NCBI GenBank assembly: GCA_964596355.1
Contig: CAZQTD010000005.1
Coordinates: forward strand, 1 to 63,114
DNA: 63,114 nt
Reading direction: 5' to 3'
From: an uncultured Gammaproteobacteria bacterium
Lineage (GTDB): Bacteria > Patescibacteriota > Microgenomatia > UBA10105 > UBA927
A program made the position numbers and the translations under genes. How positions within the stretch are numbered: the stretch's first letter is position 1; each line of letters begins with the position of its first letter. The notes under the pieces were generated by a model. It saw only the letters and a list, made by a program, of their open reading frames with translations. It searched no databases and was not told the DNA's origin. Shown piece by piece: positions 46,450 through 56,456 of the stretch.

Positions 46450-47013
46450 TCAAATATCTCGGCGTTCTTTGATGTGTTGCTCGATGAGTTTGCGCAGGTA
46501 AACGGATTTGGGAATTTTTTCTTTTTTGGATACCTTTTCCAGAAACGACGCGATTTGCGACGTTACGTAAAACGTAAATCTGCTGTCCGCCGCACCGCTT
46601 GCGTAGGAGAGAAACCCTTCGAGGATTTCCGGAAGGCTTTGGAGCGTATATTTTTCACAAAGGACGTTTTCTTCCGAATGGTGGATGAAAAGCGACGGCG
46701 GGGCGCCATTGGAATATAGCAGCAAAATCGGCTTTCGGTTTTGAATGGCAAGCGATATTTCATAACCGACGCTGATACTGGGAAACGATACCTCTGCGAC
46801 CATTGCATCGCATTCCTGTATCCACTCTTTAAGCTGTTTGTGAAACGTCAGTCGCTGTTCGCGCGTTTCTAAATGAATTTGCGATTCGGTAGTGTGCAAA
46901 ATGTGGTCGGCGGTCACTATATATCCTTTGGCGCGGATGAGCGACACAATCGCTTCATACTGCTTGACGTACTGCCGTTTGCCAACAATCGATGCGGTAA
47001 AGTAGACGTTCAT
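46450..47013 (-). CDS. Nucleoside 2-deoxyribosyltransferase-like domain fused to C-terminal ribbon-helix-helix-like domain
   Basis: 'VYFTASI', 'ECDAMVAEVSFPSISVGYEISLA...KPILLLY'; tail 'RFTFYV......FL...SKKEKIPKSVYLRKLI'. Confidence 0.7.
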   Translation of the reverse strand: MNVYFTASIVGKRQYVKQYEAIVSLIRAKGYIVTADHILHTTESQIHLETREQRLTFHKQLKEWIQECDAMVAEVSFPSISVGYEISLAIQNRKPILLLYSNGAPPSLFIHHSEENVLCEKYTLQSLPEILEGFLSYASGAADSRFTFYVTSQIASFLEKVSKKEKIPKSVYLRKLIEQHIKERRDI

Positions 47014-47084
47014 GAACGTAGTATACGATGAATTCAGCCGTTTGCAAGGCTGTAATTCAATGAGTTCAATGGTATACTGCACCC

Positions 47085-47273
47085 ATGAGTCACGCTGAAG
47101 GAGAACCGATTCACACTGTTGAAAAGATGAAACAGGTTGCCTCTGTCGTGACTATTCTTTTTCTTGGAATCCTTTGTCCTGTGATGGCATTGCCTGTCAT
47201 CGGCGGCATGATTACAGAAAACGCCATACAGGATATGCACGAATCAATGGCCGAAGGCGGCGGCGGCCACTAG
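47085..47273 (+). CDS. Small hypothetical membrane protein
   Basis: 62 aa with one hydrophobic segment. Confidence 0.4.
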   Translation: MSHAEGEPIHTVEKMKQVASVVTILFLGILCPVMALPVIGGMITENAIQDMHESMAEGGGGH

Positions 47274-47944
47274 ATTACCGGCGCCGCAGGAAGAAGGAGA
47301 GCAAGAATGAACGTGACAATCGGAGAAATCAGGCGACTGACAGGAGACACGCTGCCAAAGAGTGGAAAAATGAGGAAGAGGAGAAATATCATGCCATACG
47401 GCTCAAGCTCTTTCCATTGCCGCGCGTATTCGTCCGGCAGGATGCCTTCAACGATTTTAAATCCGTCCAGCGGGTGAACGGGAAGGAGGTTAAAGACTCC
47501 CAAGATAACGTTGAGAAGAATGATGGGCTGGAGAAGTCCAATTGCAAGATAGACAAGCGCGTTGACAGATGTCAATGAAAGCGCCGTCAGGCGGAAACGA
47601 AAGAGAATCTGAAAAAGCACGGCGCAGACGATGGCGAGAAGAAAATTTGACACAGGACCGGCCAGTGAAATGATGGCGCTGTCGCGCCTCGGGTGTCGCA
47701 AGTTAAATGGATCGAACTGGACGGGCTTGCCCCAGCCGAATCGGGCGATAAGAAGCATGATCGTTCCCAAGGGGTCCAGATGGGCAAGCGGATTAAGTGT
47801 CAATCTGCCCATGAGCCTCGGCGTTGGGTCTCCCAGATGCTCTGCGGCATACGCGTGCGCGTACTCATGAACTGTGATCGCGATGACAAGCCCGATGAGA
47901 TAAAACAGAAACGAAAGGGGATTATTGAACAATTCGCCGATCAT
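47270..47944 (-). CDS. Site-2 protease (peptidase M50)
   Basis: HEYAH, LAGPVSN, NLLPVHPLDG. Confidence 0.92.
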   Translation of the reverse strand: MIGELFNNPLSFLFYLIGLVIAITVHEYAHAYAAEHLGDPTPRLMGRLTLNPLAHLDPLGTIMLLIARFGWGKPVQFDPFNLRHPRRDSAIISLAGPVSNFLLAIVCAVLFQILFRFRLTALSLTSVNALVYLAIGLLQPIILLNVILGVFNLLPVHPLDGFKIVEGILPDEYARQWKELEPYGMIFLLFLIFPLFGSVSPVSRLISPIVTFILALLLPAAPVI

Positions 47945-48009
47945 ATGGTATCATTATACGTTATTCAACTGAAAGCTGAAACCCGACACTTGCCGCTTCA
48001 GACTCAACT

Positions 48010-48252
48010 ATGGCGTATCAATGCGACATCTGTTCCAAAAAATCTCGTGCCGGCAGGCAGCATACGCATCATGCGGGCGTTGCCGGCGGGCAATGGAAAA
48101 AGCGGGCGCAAACCACTACGCGCAGCTTTCGACCGAATCTCCATTGGGTGACGCTTCCAGTAGATGGAGTCATGAAGCGCGTGCGAGCGTGCGCAAAATG
48201 CATCAAGCGCGTCAAATTTAATCTCGCAAAGAACTCCATTGCCACTGGTTAA
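48010..48252 (+). CDS. rpmB: 50S ribosomal protein L28
   Basis: CDICSK, RSFRPNL, RVRACAKCIK. Confidence 0.9.
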   Translation: MAYQCDICSKKSRAGRQHTHHAGVAGGQWKKRAQTTTRSFRPNLHWVTLPVDGVMKRVRACAKCIKRVKFNLAKNSIATG

Positions 48253-48524
48253 TTATCAGAATATGCTTCGCAGACAAACGTTGGGCACCCGCGAGCCACA
48301 TCCCGCTGATATTTCCATGTGCCCGGACAATCCTCCGGTCTTGGAAGCATTACACGGGGACACGCCAAGCCAGCCTTGCTTCGTACGTCGTGACTTGTTT
48401 GCGTCATGGCGGAAAGCACGATGACAAGGAGCATGAACGCCAGAAGCAAAAAGAGGATGAAATTCCACGCTGTTATATCGCGCAACACAATGCGTCTCGT
48501 TGAAGTTGTTTTTCTTCTTGCCAT
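48249..48524 (-). CDS. Small single-TM protein with Cys-rich C-terminal motif
   Basis: TM then 'ACPRVMLPRPEDCPG...GCPTFVC'. Confidence 0.55.
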   Translation of the reverse strand: MARRKTTSTRRIVLRDITAWNFILFLLLAFMLLVIVLSAMTQTSHDVRSKAGLACPRVMLPRPEDCPGTWKYQRDVARGCPTFVCEAYSDN

Positions 48525-48569
48525 ATGCATCACCTCTCTTTCTACCGTACCGTGTCAGCGGTAAATCTG

Positions 48570-49667
48570 TCAAGAGGAGAGAGAGCGCAGATGAGCTGAG
48601 GCAAACTGCCTGAAGCTGACAGGCTTTTTGCCTTCGAGCTGGACAGTGTAAAGAACGAGCTTTGAGCGTCGAGCATCGAGCGTCGTGTCAAGATGAACAG
48701 AAAGAATTTTCAGTCGCTTTTCTTCCGACTTTGGATCTTCAATTCTCGATCCTCGAACAAGAGTCCACACCCCCGGCCACGGAGCAAGGGCGCGGTGAAA
48801 CCGATCAATGAGCGCGGCAAGCGATTGTTCCTGCTTCCAATTCGTTTGATATCTCATATAGTCTTTGATAATGGCGACGTGGCTGTACAATTCTATGGTT
48901 GATACAGGTTCGGCGTTCATTGCCGCCTGAATAAGTTCCCAAGGGAGAAAGCCATCGTCCCGTGTGAACCTCCGTGCATACGGCTGTCGTGCATACGGCT
49001 GTGGTCGAGTTGCCGCCCGGGGGTGTGCAGAGATGTTCACCCCAGGGGTGTGTTGGCTAGACACCCCTTGGGTATTGCCAAGGTAGCGTGGGAGGGTGTC
49101 GACCAGAAGCTGTGCGCCGATCGTAAATAGTTTTGTGCGGAGCGAATTCGCAAGCTCGTTCTGCGCAATAGGAATTTTTTCCTGCGCGATTATTGTGCCA
49201 GAGTCATAGCGCTGCGAAAGCGTGATAATCGTGACGCCTGTCTGCCGGTCGCCGGCGATCATGGCCCACGGCACCGGATCTGCGCCGCGCCAGCGGGGAA
49301 GGATGGATGGATGGACGTTGAGTCCGCCATACCGCGCCGCTGTAATGGTTGCGGCGGGGATTTTTTGACCGTACGACGCGGCAATCAGGATATCTGCGTT
49401 GAACTGTTGAAGCGTGTCGATAACGCTTCGTTCATCTTGGTACCGGCTTGGTCGATCAGGATCGCTCGGAAAGGCAACCACTGGTATTGCGCGGCGCTTG
49501 GCCCATGCTTCGACCGGCGTTGGCGTCAATATTCTTGCTCTCCCCACGGGTTTCGGCGGCTGGGTGACGACTGCTGCGACATGAAGCGTAAGTTTTCGAC
49601 TTTGAGCGTAGAGGCTTGAGAAGATGATGACGGAGTCAGAAGTGGAGCCAAAAAACACAACATTCAT
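48570..49667 (-). CDS. fmt: Methionyl-tRNA formyltransferase with several repeat-derived insertions
   Basis: VVTQPPKPVGR, AASYGQ, LNVHPSILPRWRGADP, DSG. Confidence 0.93.
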   Translation of the reverse strand: MNVVFFGSTSDSVIIFSSLYAQSRKLTLHVAAVVTQPPKPVGRARILTPTPVEAWAKRRAIPVVAFPSDPDRPSRYQDERSVIDTLQQFNADILIAASYGQKIPAATITAARYGGLNVHPSILPRWRGADPVPWAMIAGDRQTGVTIITLSQRYDSGTIIAQEKIPIAQNELANSLRTKLFTIGAQLLVDTLPRYLGNTQGVSSQHTPGVNISAHPRAATRPQPYARQPYARRFTRDDGFLPWELIQAAMNAEPVSTIELYSHVAIIKDYMRYQTNWKQEQSLAALIDRFHRALAPWPGVWTLVRGSRIEDPKSEEKRLKILSVHLDTTLDARRSKLVLYTVQLEGKKPVSFRQFASAHLRSLSS

Positions 49668-49670
49668 AAC

Positions 49671-50216
49671 TTATGTCAACTCTATTTCCTTAAGCACCTC
49701 TTTTCCCTCGGCGTCTTTGGCGGTTTGATACAATGTGCCTTTCTGCTCAAGCACGCGTTGAGTAAAGAGGATGCCGTTTACGTGATCGGTTTCATGCTGG
49801 ATAATTGTTGCCGGAAATCCGTGAAATTCTTCTGTGCGCCTTTGACCCGTTTCATCTTGGAAGGCAAGTTTCAGCGATGCCGCTCTTTTCACCTTTCCCC
49901 AGATTCGCGGGATCGAAAGACAGCCTTCGAGTTTATGTTCACGTCCGGGGACGCCGTCGGTGCGCTCCTTCAACAGTTCCAGAATTTCAGGGTTTATGAA
50001 TATGCGAATGGGGTCGCGTATTGTCGGCCGCATGGCAAACACACGAAAGGGTTCTCCGATTTGGGGAGCGGCAAGCCCCACGCCCTTTGGATTTTTTGTT
50101 GAAATGAGCGTTTCTTTGATTTCACGAATAAGCCGCGCAAGCCGCTTATCAAAAAAGGTAACAGGACGTGCCGGGGTGGAAAGAATGGTGTTGGGGATTG
50201 TGACGATGTGCTTCAT
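49671..50216 (-). CDS. def: Peptide deformylase
   Basis: GVGLAAPQIG, EGCLS, QHETDH. Confidence 0.96.
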   Translation of the reverse strand: MKHIVTIPNTILSTPARPVTFFDKRLARLIREIKETLISTKNPKGVGLAAPQIGEPFRVFAMRPTIRDPIRIFINPEILELLKERTDGVPGREHKLEGCLSIPRIWGKVKRAASLKLAFQDETGQRRTEEFHGFPATIIQHETDHVNGILFTQRVLEQKGTLYQTAKDAEGKEVLKEIELT

Positions 50217-52432
50217 GGCGTACTGCCTAACAGTTCCGTAAACTGAACATCGGTGGGATCGACCGTGTCAACGTATTCTTTAATAACCAACCGGGCGCGG
50301 TCTTTCTGACCGGCTTCCATATAAAACACATAGAGCGCGTAATACGGGTCGCGGTAGTTTGGCTTGAGTTCCTTGGCGCGGGTGAGAAACTCGATAGCTT
50401 TGTCGGCTTTGTTTTCCCTGCCGTAGAGAATCGCGAGGTTATAGTAAATTTTCGGATCGTTGGGTGATAGTTCTTTTGCTTTCTCAAGCGCGCCGATTGC
50501 CGCGCTGTTAAACGACGGATCAACAGAAGCCAATGTATAGTAGATTTTTGTCCGCGTTTTCCAGAAGTTGACGTTTTTTGGCGATATCGTGAGGGCCCGG
50601 TCGCTTTCCTGCAGGCTCCGCGTGGCCAGTTCTCCTGCAGTTGTTGCATTTTTTTCATTGGCAAGCGATGCAGCCAGTGCCGCGAGGGTGCCCGCGGCCT
50701 CGTCGTGATACAGCGGTTCACCGGGATTAAATCGGATTGCCTGCTCAATAAGCGGCAGCGCGCGGGCAAAAAGGTCGCTGCGAGCCAGCCGGTAGCTTGA
50801 CGCAAAAAGCGTATCTGCCCGCCAGCGCAGGGTTACTACTGTCAAAAGAACGAACGCCGATGCGGCGGTTGCACCAATGAGGACAGCCGGATGCCGCAAC
50901 CGGATTGAGCGCGTGATGCATGGAGCGGTTTCACTCGTTTTCTGCCGTAAAACAAATGCCATGGCGGGAAAAAGAAAAAAGAATAGCTGGATAATAACGA
51001 CCGAAAAGCCGAAGAAATTCGTCACCAGAATAGACAGCCAGCCGGCAAAAAGAGCCAGGACAATGACTCTGCTTTGTAATTGATCTAACGGACCTCGTTG
51101 GGATGGAGCGTTTTGCGCTTGATTAGGCATGGGATGACCAGAAACGAGAACTTTTCTTATAAACCACAGGATGAACGCCAGAATGAAAATCGCATAGCTT
51201 CCCAGCCCGACGGCCCCCGTCGTCGCCAGATAATTAAGATACTCGTTGTGCGCTTTGTTATACAAGAAATCCCATTCGCTTGTCAGGTTGTGCCCAACCG
51301 GTCGAAAGCGGTAAAAAGCAAATGCGAACGTTTCCGTGCCGGTGCCGATGAGAAACGTTTTGGTTGTGCTTCGCCATGCTGTCACAGCTGCCTGCCAGAC
51401 GTACTTTCTGATCGTTCCTGACTCGGTGCCGCCGACCTCCAGAAGCGGCCCCACGGGCTTGGTTTGAGCTGGCGGTGCGTGTTTTGCCCTGTTCGTTATG
51501 AGGGATTGGAGTCCGGACAGTGTCGCGTAGCGATCAATCTGACTGACACTGGTGCCGTTTATGCATACGATTGCGGCAAACACCAGATGCAGAATTCCTG
51601 CGGTGTAAAGGAACCGTCTGTTTTTAACGCCGGTTGTTATGAAAAACAGCGCCCAAAATATGATATCGGCAACAAAGATGCCCGCAAGCCCCGATCGCGA
51701 ACGAGTAAAAAGAAGGACGAGGAAAAAGAGGACAGAAGATAGAAGGCAGAGAGTTGAAGATAGGAATGTCGTATGTATCCTCCATCTCCCATCCCCACTC
51801 TTGGCGATACCCATTGCCATGGCTATCGGCACAAGCGCCGCCAGATAGGCCGCCAGCCAGTTGGGTTGACCCAAGCTTGAAAAGACGCGGTTTTGCACAT
51901 CCTGGACCCAGAGGTGTTTATCAACTCCCAGCCGTTCGGCTACGCCGTAGAGGGAAACGACTGCGGCTGTGGCGACAGCGACGTTCAGAAAAGGGATGAT
52001 CGAGGACAGAGGAGAAAGCGATGGTTTTTTTTCCTCTTTCGGCATGCGAGAACCGTTTGCGGTTGCGTGCGACACAAGGGCGTAATATAAAATGACGTAT
52101 GAAATAATGGACCACATCCCGCCGTTAAACCGCGAGTAGTAGCCGTTCCACGACACGTGCGGATCGATGGAAAAAAGCGTGCTAACAAGTTGCGACGCTA
52201 CAAATAGCGCGATGGGGATATCAAGCGGCGTTTTGGCAATGCGAATGTGGCGGTTTTGGATCATTTGCACCGCCCACGCGGCCGCAACAATCACCGTCAG
52301 CGCATAAACGAGCATCATTTTGTTATACTCAAACAGTTCGTAGTTCCACGGGGTGAGAATCAACGGAACAAAGATAAAGAGCAAATAAAACGCCCACCGG
52401 ATGACGCGCTCGGGCCACAGACTACCGTTCAT
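50213..52432 (-). CDS. O-antigen ligase (Wzy_C)-like membrane protein with C-terminal TPRs
   Basis: SSLGQPNWLAAYL, TRSRSG, GTGTETF, KAHNEYL; TPR tail. Confidence 0.85.
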   Translation of the reverse strand: MNGSLWPERVIRWAFYLLFIFVPLILTPWNYELFEYNKMMLVYALTVIVAAAWAVQMIQNRHIRIAKTPLDIPIALFVASQLVSTLFSIDPHVSWNGYYSRFNGGMWSIISYVILYYALVSHATANGSRMPKEEKKPSLSPLSSIIPFLNVAVATAAVVSLYGVAERLGVDKHLWVQDVQNRVFSSLGQPNWLAAYLAALVPIAMAMGIAKSGDGRWRIHTTFLSSTLCLLSSVLFFLVLLFTRSRSGLAGIFVADIIFWALFFITTGVKNRRFLYTAGILHLVFAAIVCINGTSVSQIDRYATLSGLQSLITNRAKHAPPAQTKPVGPLLEVGGTESGTIRKYVWQAAVTAWRSTTKTFLIGTGTETFAFAFYRFRPVGHNLTSEWDFLYNKAHNEYLNYLATTGAVGLGSYAIFILAFILWFIRKVLVSGHPMPNQAQNAPSQRGPLDQLQSRVIVLALFAGWLSILVTNFFGFSVVIIQLFFFLFPAMAFVLRQKTSETAPCITRSIRLRHPAVLIGATAASAFVLLTVVTLRWRADTLFASSYRLARSDLFARALPLIEQAIRFNPGEPLYHDEAAGTLAALAASLANEKNATTAGELATRSLQESDRALTISPKNVNFWKTRTKIYYTLASVDPSFNSAAIGALEKAKELSPNDPKIYYNLAILYGRENKADKAIEFLTRAKELKPNYRDPYYALYVFYMEAGQKDRARLVIKEYVDTVDPTDVQFTELLGSTP

Positions 52433-52451
52433 GAAGGTAAGTATAGCATAC

Positions 52452-52706
52452 TTATTTGCGGCGATTCTCGGAGAGCGTAGGCTTATATGCTTTGCCAATG
52501 AGCTCCATATTCATTTCTCTATCTTCAGGGTCCATTCCAGGGAATAGGCTGAGTGCATGTGAAATTGCTTCATTCGTTAACCGTCGCTCTCCTATGGGAT
52601 CGCGCAGTATTCGTTCAAGGTCGCTTTGCGGCGGCACGCCGTTGGGAAACGCAGGCGTAAAGACAGACCATGGTTGGGAGGTTTCTTCCCGTGATGGCGC
52701 TTTCAT
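52452..52706 (-). CDS. Hypothetical 84-aa protein
   Basis: ATG with TACAAT 7 nt upstream; no recognised motif. Confidence 0.4.
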   Translation of the reverse strand: MKAPSREETSQPWSVFTPAFPNGVPPQSDLERILRDPIGERRLTNEAISHALSLFPGMDPEDREMNMELIGKAYKPTLSENRRK

Positions 52707-52764
52707 GAGAATCATTGTACGGCATTGGGACGAAAAATCAACCGTGTGATAGAATGAGGCAACG

Positions 52765-53820
52765 ATGTTAAACGCCTTCTTTGGTCTTTTGTCGCATGAT
52801 TTGGGCATTGATTTGGGAACGGCAAACACGCTCGTTTTTGTGCGCGGCAAAGGCATTATCATCCGCGAGCCGTCGGCGTTTGCACGGCATAAGAAAACCA
52901 AGCAAACGGTTGCCATAGGCCGCGAAGCCAAGCAGATGATCGGTAAAACGCCCGCGACGATCGAAGCGTTTCGCCCGCTCAAAGACGGCGTGATTGCGGA
53001 TTTTGACGCGGCATCGGCGATGCTGAAGCATTACATCCAATTTATTCACCGCCAGCCGAAAAATTCGATGCTCCCCAGTATTCCGCGGCCCAAAGTCGTC
53101 GTCGGGATCCCCTCCGGGGTGACGGAAGTGGAGCGCCGCGCGGTGCAGGAGGCGGCAATTATCGCCGGCGCGCGCGAGGCATACCTTATTGAAGAACCCA
53201 TGGCCGCGGCAATCGGCGCGAACCTTCCGATCCACGAAAGCACCGGCAGTTTTATCTGCGACATCGGCGGCGGCACGAGTGAAATAGCGGTTCTTTCTCT
53301 GGGCGGCATCGTCGTAAATAAAAGCATCCGGATTGCCGGCGATGAAATGGATGAAGCCATTGTGAGCTTTATGCGGCTCAAATACTCGCTTCTTATCGGC
53401 GATCAGACGGCGGAGGAAATGAAAATGGCTATAGGGAGTGCGTATCCGCTTGGTTCATCCGATCGGCAGACGGTCGTGCGCGGCCGCGATATAGAGACGG
53501 GTCTGCCCAAGTCAATTCGCGTCAATGAAGCAGAAGTGCGTGAAGCGCTTGCGCCCATTATCCACTCGATCGTCGAAAGTATTTCAGAGACGATCGAAGA
53601 AACGCCGCCGGAACTTTTAGGCTCCATCATGGAGCACGGCATTGTTCTGGCAGGCGGCGGCGCGATGATCCGCGGGATCGACAAGCTGATAGCTACCGAG
53701 ATTAAGATGCCCGTGTGGATAACCGACGACCCGCAGACAGCCGTCGTGCGCGGCTGCGGCAAGCTCCTTGACGACAGGGAGCTTCTCCATAAGGTCCAAG
53801 TCGCAGCAAGAAAAACATGA
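52765..53820 (+). CDS. mreB: Rod shape-determining protein MreB
   Basis: GIDLGTANT, DGVIADF, EEPMAAAIGA, DIGGGTSE, LAGGGA. Confidence 0.97.
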   Translation: MLNAFFGLLSHDLGIDLGTANTLVFVRGKGIIIREPSAFARHKKTKQTVAIGREAKQMIGKTPATIEAFRPLKDGVIADFDAASAMLKHYIQFIHRQPKNSMLPSIPRPKVVVGIPSGVTEVERRAVQEAAIIAGAREAYLIEEPMAAAIGANLPIHESTGSFICDIGGGTSEIAVLSLGGIVVNKSIRIAGDEMDEAIVSFMRLKYSLLIGDQTAEEMKMAIGSAYPLGSSDRQTVVRGRDIETGLPKSIRVNEAEVREALAPIIHSIVESISETIEETPPELLGSIMEHGIVLAGGGAMIRGIDKLIATEIKMPVWITDDPQTAVVRGCGKLLDDRELLHKVQVAARKT

Positions 53821-53893
53821 GGTGTTCACGGTGAGCGGTTGACGGTTCACCGAGAAACGGATGTGGAGTATTATGAACGATGAACTATGAACG
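53821..53893. repeat. Heptamer repeat footprint (GTTCACG/GTTGACG .. TGAACGA/TGAACTA)
   Basis: GTTCA-containing units followed by complementary TGAAC units. Confidence 0.65.
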
Positions 53894-54441
53894 GCCAACT
53901 GCGCGCAGCCGCTATCATCTCTCGCGTTTTTGAACCTGCGTTGACGCTGTCCATGGCGTTTATTGTCTATGCTGCGCACGCGGGCATTGCGGCGGGTCGT
54001 ATTGCGCTGTGGGCTGCGGTCATTATTTTCCCTCCCATGACGCTTCGCATCTGGGCGCATCAGGCGAAGGGGCTCGATTGGGATATCCATGAAAGGAAGA
54101 AGCGCGTGGTGCCGCTCCTTATTTTGCTTTTCCTTCTTGCGTTTGATCTGGTGCTTTTTTGGCTGTTTGAGCCGCGGCTTCTGGGGGCGTTGGCTCTCTT
54201 TTTTCTCTGGACAACGGGTTTTTTCATTATCACGAAATACTGGACCAAAATATCGGGCCACACGAGCGCCAACGCGCTTGCGTCAGGAATGGTTGTCCGC
54301 ATCTTTGGATGGCGCTTCTGGCCGGTTCTTCTCATCGTTCCCCTTGTTGCGTGGGCGCGCGTAATACGCAAGGATCATACGGTGGGCCACGTTGTCTTGG
54401 GGGCGGCGTATTCATGGGGATTGTTGGCGTGCGGCGTATGA
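53887..54441 (+). CDS. PAP2-like integral membrane protein
   Basis: 'KISGHT', 'WARVIRKDHTVGHVVLGA'. Confidence 0.65.
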   Translation: MNGQLRAAAIISRVFEPALTLSMAFIVYAAHAGIAAGRIALWAAVIIFPPMTLRIWAHQAKGLDWDIHERKKRVVPLLILLFLLAFDLVLFWLFEPRLLGALALFFLWTTGFFIITKYWTKISGHTSANALASGMVVRIFGWRFWPVLLIVPLVAWARVIRKDHTVGHVVLGAAYSWGLLACGV

Positions 54442-56342
54442 AGCTCGGAAAAGCCTTTGCCGATAGCGTGGTCATTGAGCAAAAGACCAAAAACCGCTTG
54501 GGGCGGGAGCGCGGCGACTCATGGTGGCTGGGGGCGGGCCGCGCGCTCATGTTTTTTACCATTCTTTTTATCTGTTTTTTTATCCTCTTGTGGCGGCTGT
54601 TTGACCTTACGATTGTTCAGGGGCACCATTTCCGCGCGCTTGCCGACGGCAACAGAACGCGCGAGCTTATCCGCCATGCGCCTCGGGGAATTCTTCGCGA
54701 TCGCACCGGCAAGCCGCTCGTAGAAAATGTGCCGTACTACCGGCTCCTCAAACCGTGCGAAAACAACGCACGCGTTGATTGCGTAACGCCGATTTCGCGC
54801 GAAGAGGGAGATGCGATGGTAGAGAAGGGATTGCCAGCCGGCACCTTCCTGGAGGCTGATTACCAGCGCAGGTATCTTTATCCGTCTATTGCGAGCCACC
54901 TCATCGGGTACACAGGAGAGATTACGGCAAAAGAGTTGCGTGACGACTATTTTCGTCTGCGCGACTACCGGTTTGGCGATCGCGTTGGTCGCGCCGGCAG
55001 CGAGGCGGTGTTTGAAGAGACGCTTCGCGGCAGAGACGGCAGGGAGCTGGTGGAAGTGAATGCTCGGGGAGAAATTCTGCGAACACTGGGACGCGATAAA
55101 GAACGAGCCGGCAGTGACGTCACACTTGCTTTGGACATCGCGCTTCAGAAAGTCGCGGCAGAGAGTTTTCCGGCGGAAGCCAAGGGCGCAGTGGTTGTCA
55201 GTAAGCCCACTACCGGAGAGATTCTCGCGATGTATTCCAGTCCAAGTTATGACCTTTCGGCGTTTGCCGGCAATATACGCGCTGAAGACTATGAAGCGTT
55301 GCTTGCCAATCAGGATCAGCCGCTGTTTAACCGTGCCATTGGCGGCACGTATCCGCCCGGAAGCACGTTTAAGCTTGTCACCGCGCTTGCCGCGCTTGAA
55401 GAGGGAGTAGCGACGGTGGATACTGCGGTTGAGGATGTGGGTGTTTTGAATGTTGGAGCTTTTCGCTTTGCCAACTGGTATTTTACCCAATATGGCAAAA
55501 CAGAAGGTCGTGTCAATATTGTAAAAGCGATTCAGCGCAGTAATGACATCTTTTTTTACAAAATAGGAGAGTGGCTGGGCATTACGAAAATCGTCTCTTG
55601 GGCGCGCAAGGTTGGTATTGGCAAACCGCTGGGAATAGAACTCGCTGGAGAATCAGGGGGGCTGATGCCTGACCCTCAATGGAAAAAGGAACGATTTTCT
55701 GCACTTTTTGATAAAAACGCAAGACATGATGAGTGGTACTTGGGAGACACGTACAATGTAGGTATCGGTCAGGGATATTTGCTTGCAACGCCGCTACAGG
55801 TCAATGCATGGACGAATGTGATTGCTAATGGCGGAAAACTCTGTCGTCCCACAATTCGCAGAGTGCAGACGGGCAAGCCCCGTGATCCACAGTGCAAAGA
55901 CCTTGGCGTGAAACAGACCTCAACTGATCTTGTTGCCGAGGGCATGCGTTTGGCGTGCGAGCCCGGAGGCACGGGATGGCCGCTTTTTGATTTTTCAATC
56001 GCCAAATTAGACCAATTGGGCAACGGAGACGAATTAGAAGGCACCTCATCCGCGAAGCGGCGCGTTCGCATTCCTGTCGCCTGTAAAACCGGCACCGCTG
56101 AATTTGGGGATCCCCAAAACCGTACGCACGCGTGGTTTACCGCCTTTGCGCCGTTGAAAGCCGAATCCGCCAGCGGGTCAAAGAAGGCGGGATTGCCTAA
56201 GGACGATGCATTACAAGGCGACGCCTTTATTACCGGCGACCCAGAAATCTCCGTCACCGTTCTTGTGGAAGGCGCGGGAGAAGGAAGCTCGGTTGCCGCC
56301 CCGATAGCCAAAAAGATTTTAGAGGAGTGGTTTGGGAGATAA
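54438..56342 (+). CDS. mrdA: Penicillin-binding protein 2
   Basis: APRGILRDR, PGSTFK, SND, KTGTAE. Confidence 0.92.
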   Translation: MKLGKAFADSVVIEQKTKNRLGRERGDSWWLGAGRALMFFTILFICFFILLWRLFDLTIVQGHHFRALADGNRTRELIRHAPRGILRDRTGKPLVENVPYYRLLKPCENNARVDCVTPISREEGDAMVEKGLPAGTFLEADYQRRYLYPSIASHLIGYTGEITAKELRDDYFRLRDYRFGDRVGRAGSEAVFEETLRGRDGRELVEVNARGEILRTLGRDKERAGSDVTLALDIALQKVAAESFPAEAKGAVVVSKPTTGEILAMYSSPSYDLSAFAGNIRAEDYEALLANQDQPLFNRAIGGTYPPGSTFKLVTALAALEEGVATVDTAVEDVGVLNVGAFRFANWYFTQYGKTEGRVNIVKAIQRSNDIFFYKIGEWLGITKIVSWARKVGIGKPLGIELAGESGGLMPDPQWKKERFSALFDKNARHDEWYLGDTYNVGIGQGYLLATPLQVNAWTNVIANGGKLCRPTIRRVQTGKPRDPQCKDLGVKQTSTDLVAEGMRLACEPGGTGWPLFDFSIAKLDQLGNGDELEGTSSAKRRVRIPVACKTGTAEFGDPQNRTHAWFTAFAPLKAESASGSKKAGLPKDDALQGDAFITGDPEISVTVLVEGAGEGSSVAAPIAKKILEEWFGR

Positions 56343-56456
56343 TGTCAGCACATTTCTGATTTGACCCATCGTTTCATTATATATACCGCGGCTCGCTGTC
56401 GCAGTTGGGAAATAGGGAATGACATCCGTTTGATATTTTGTGTTAGTCTAGTGGTA

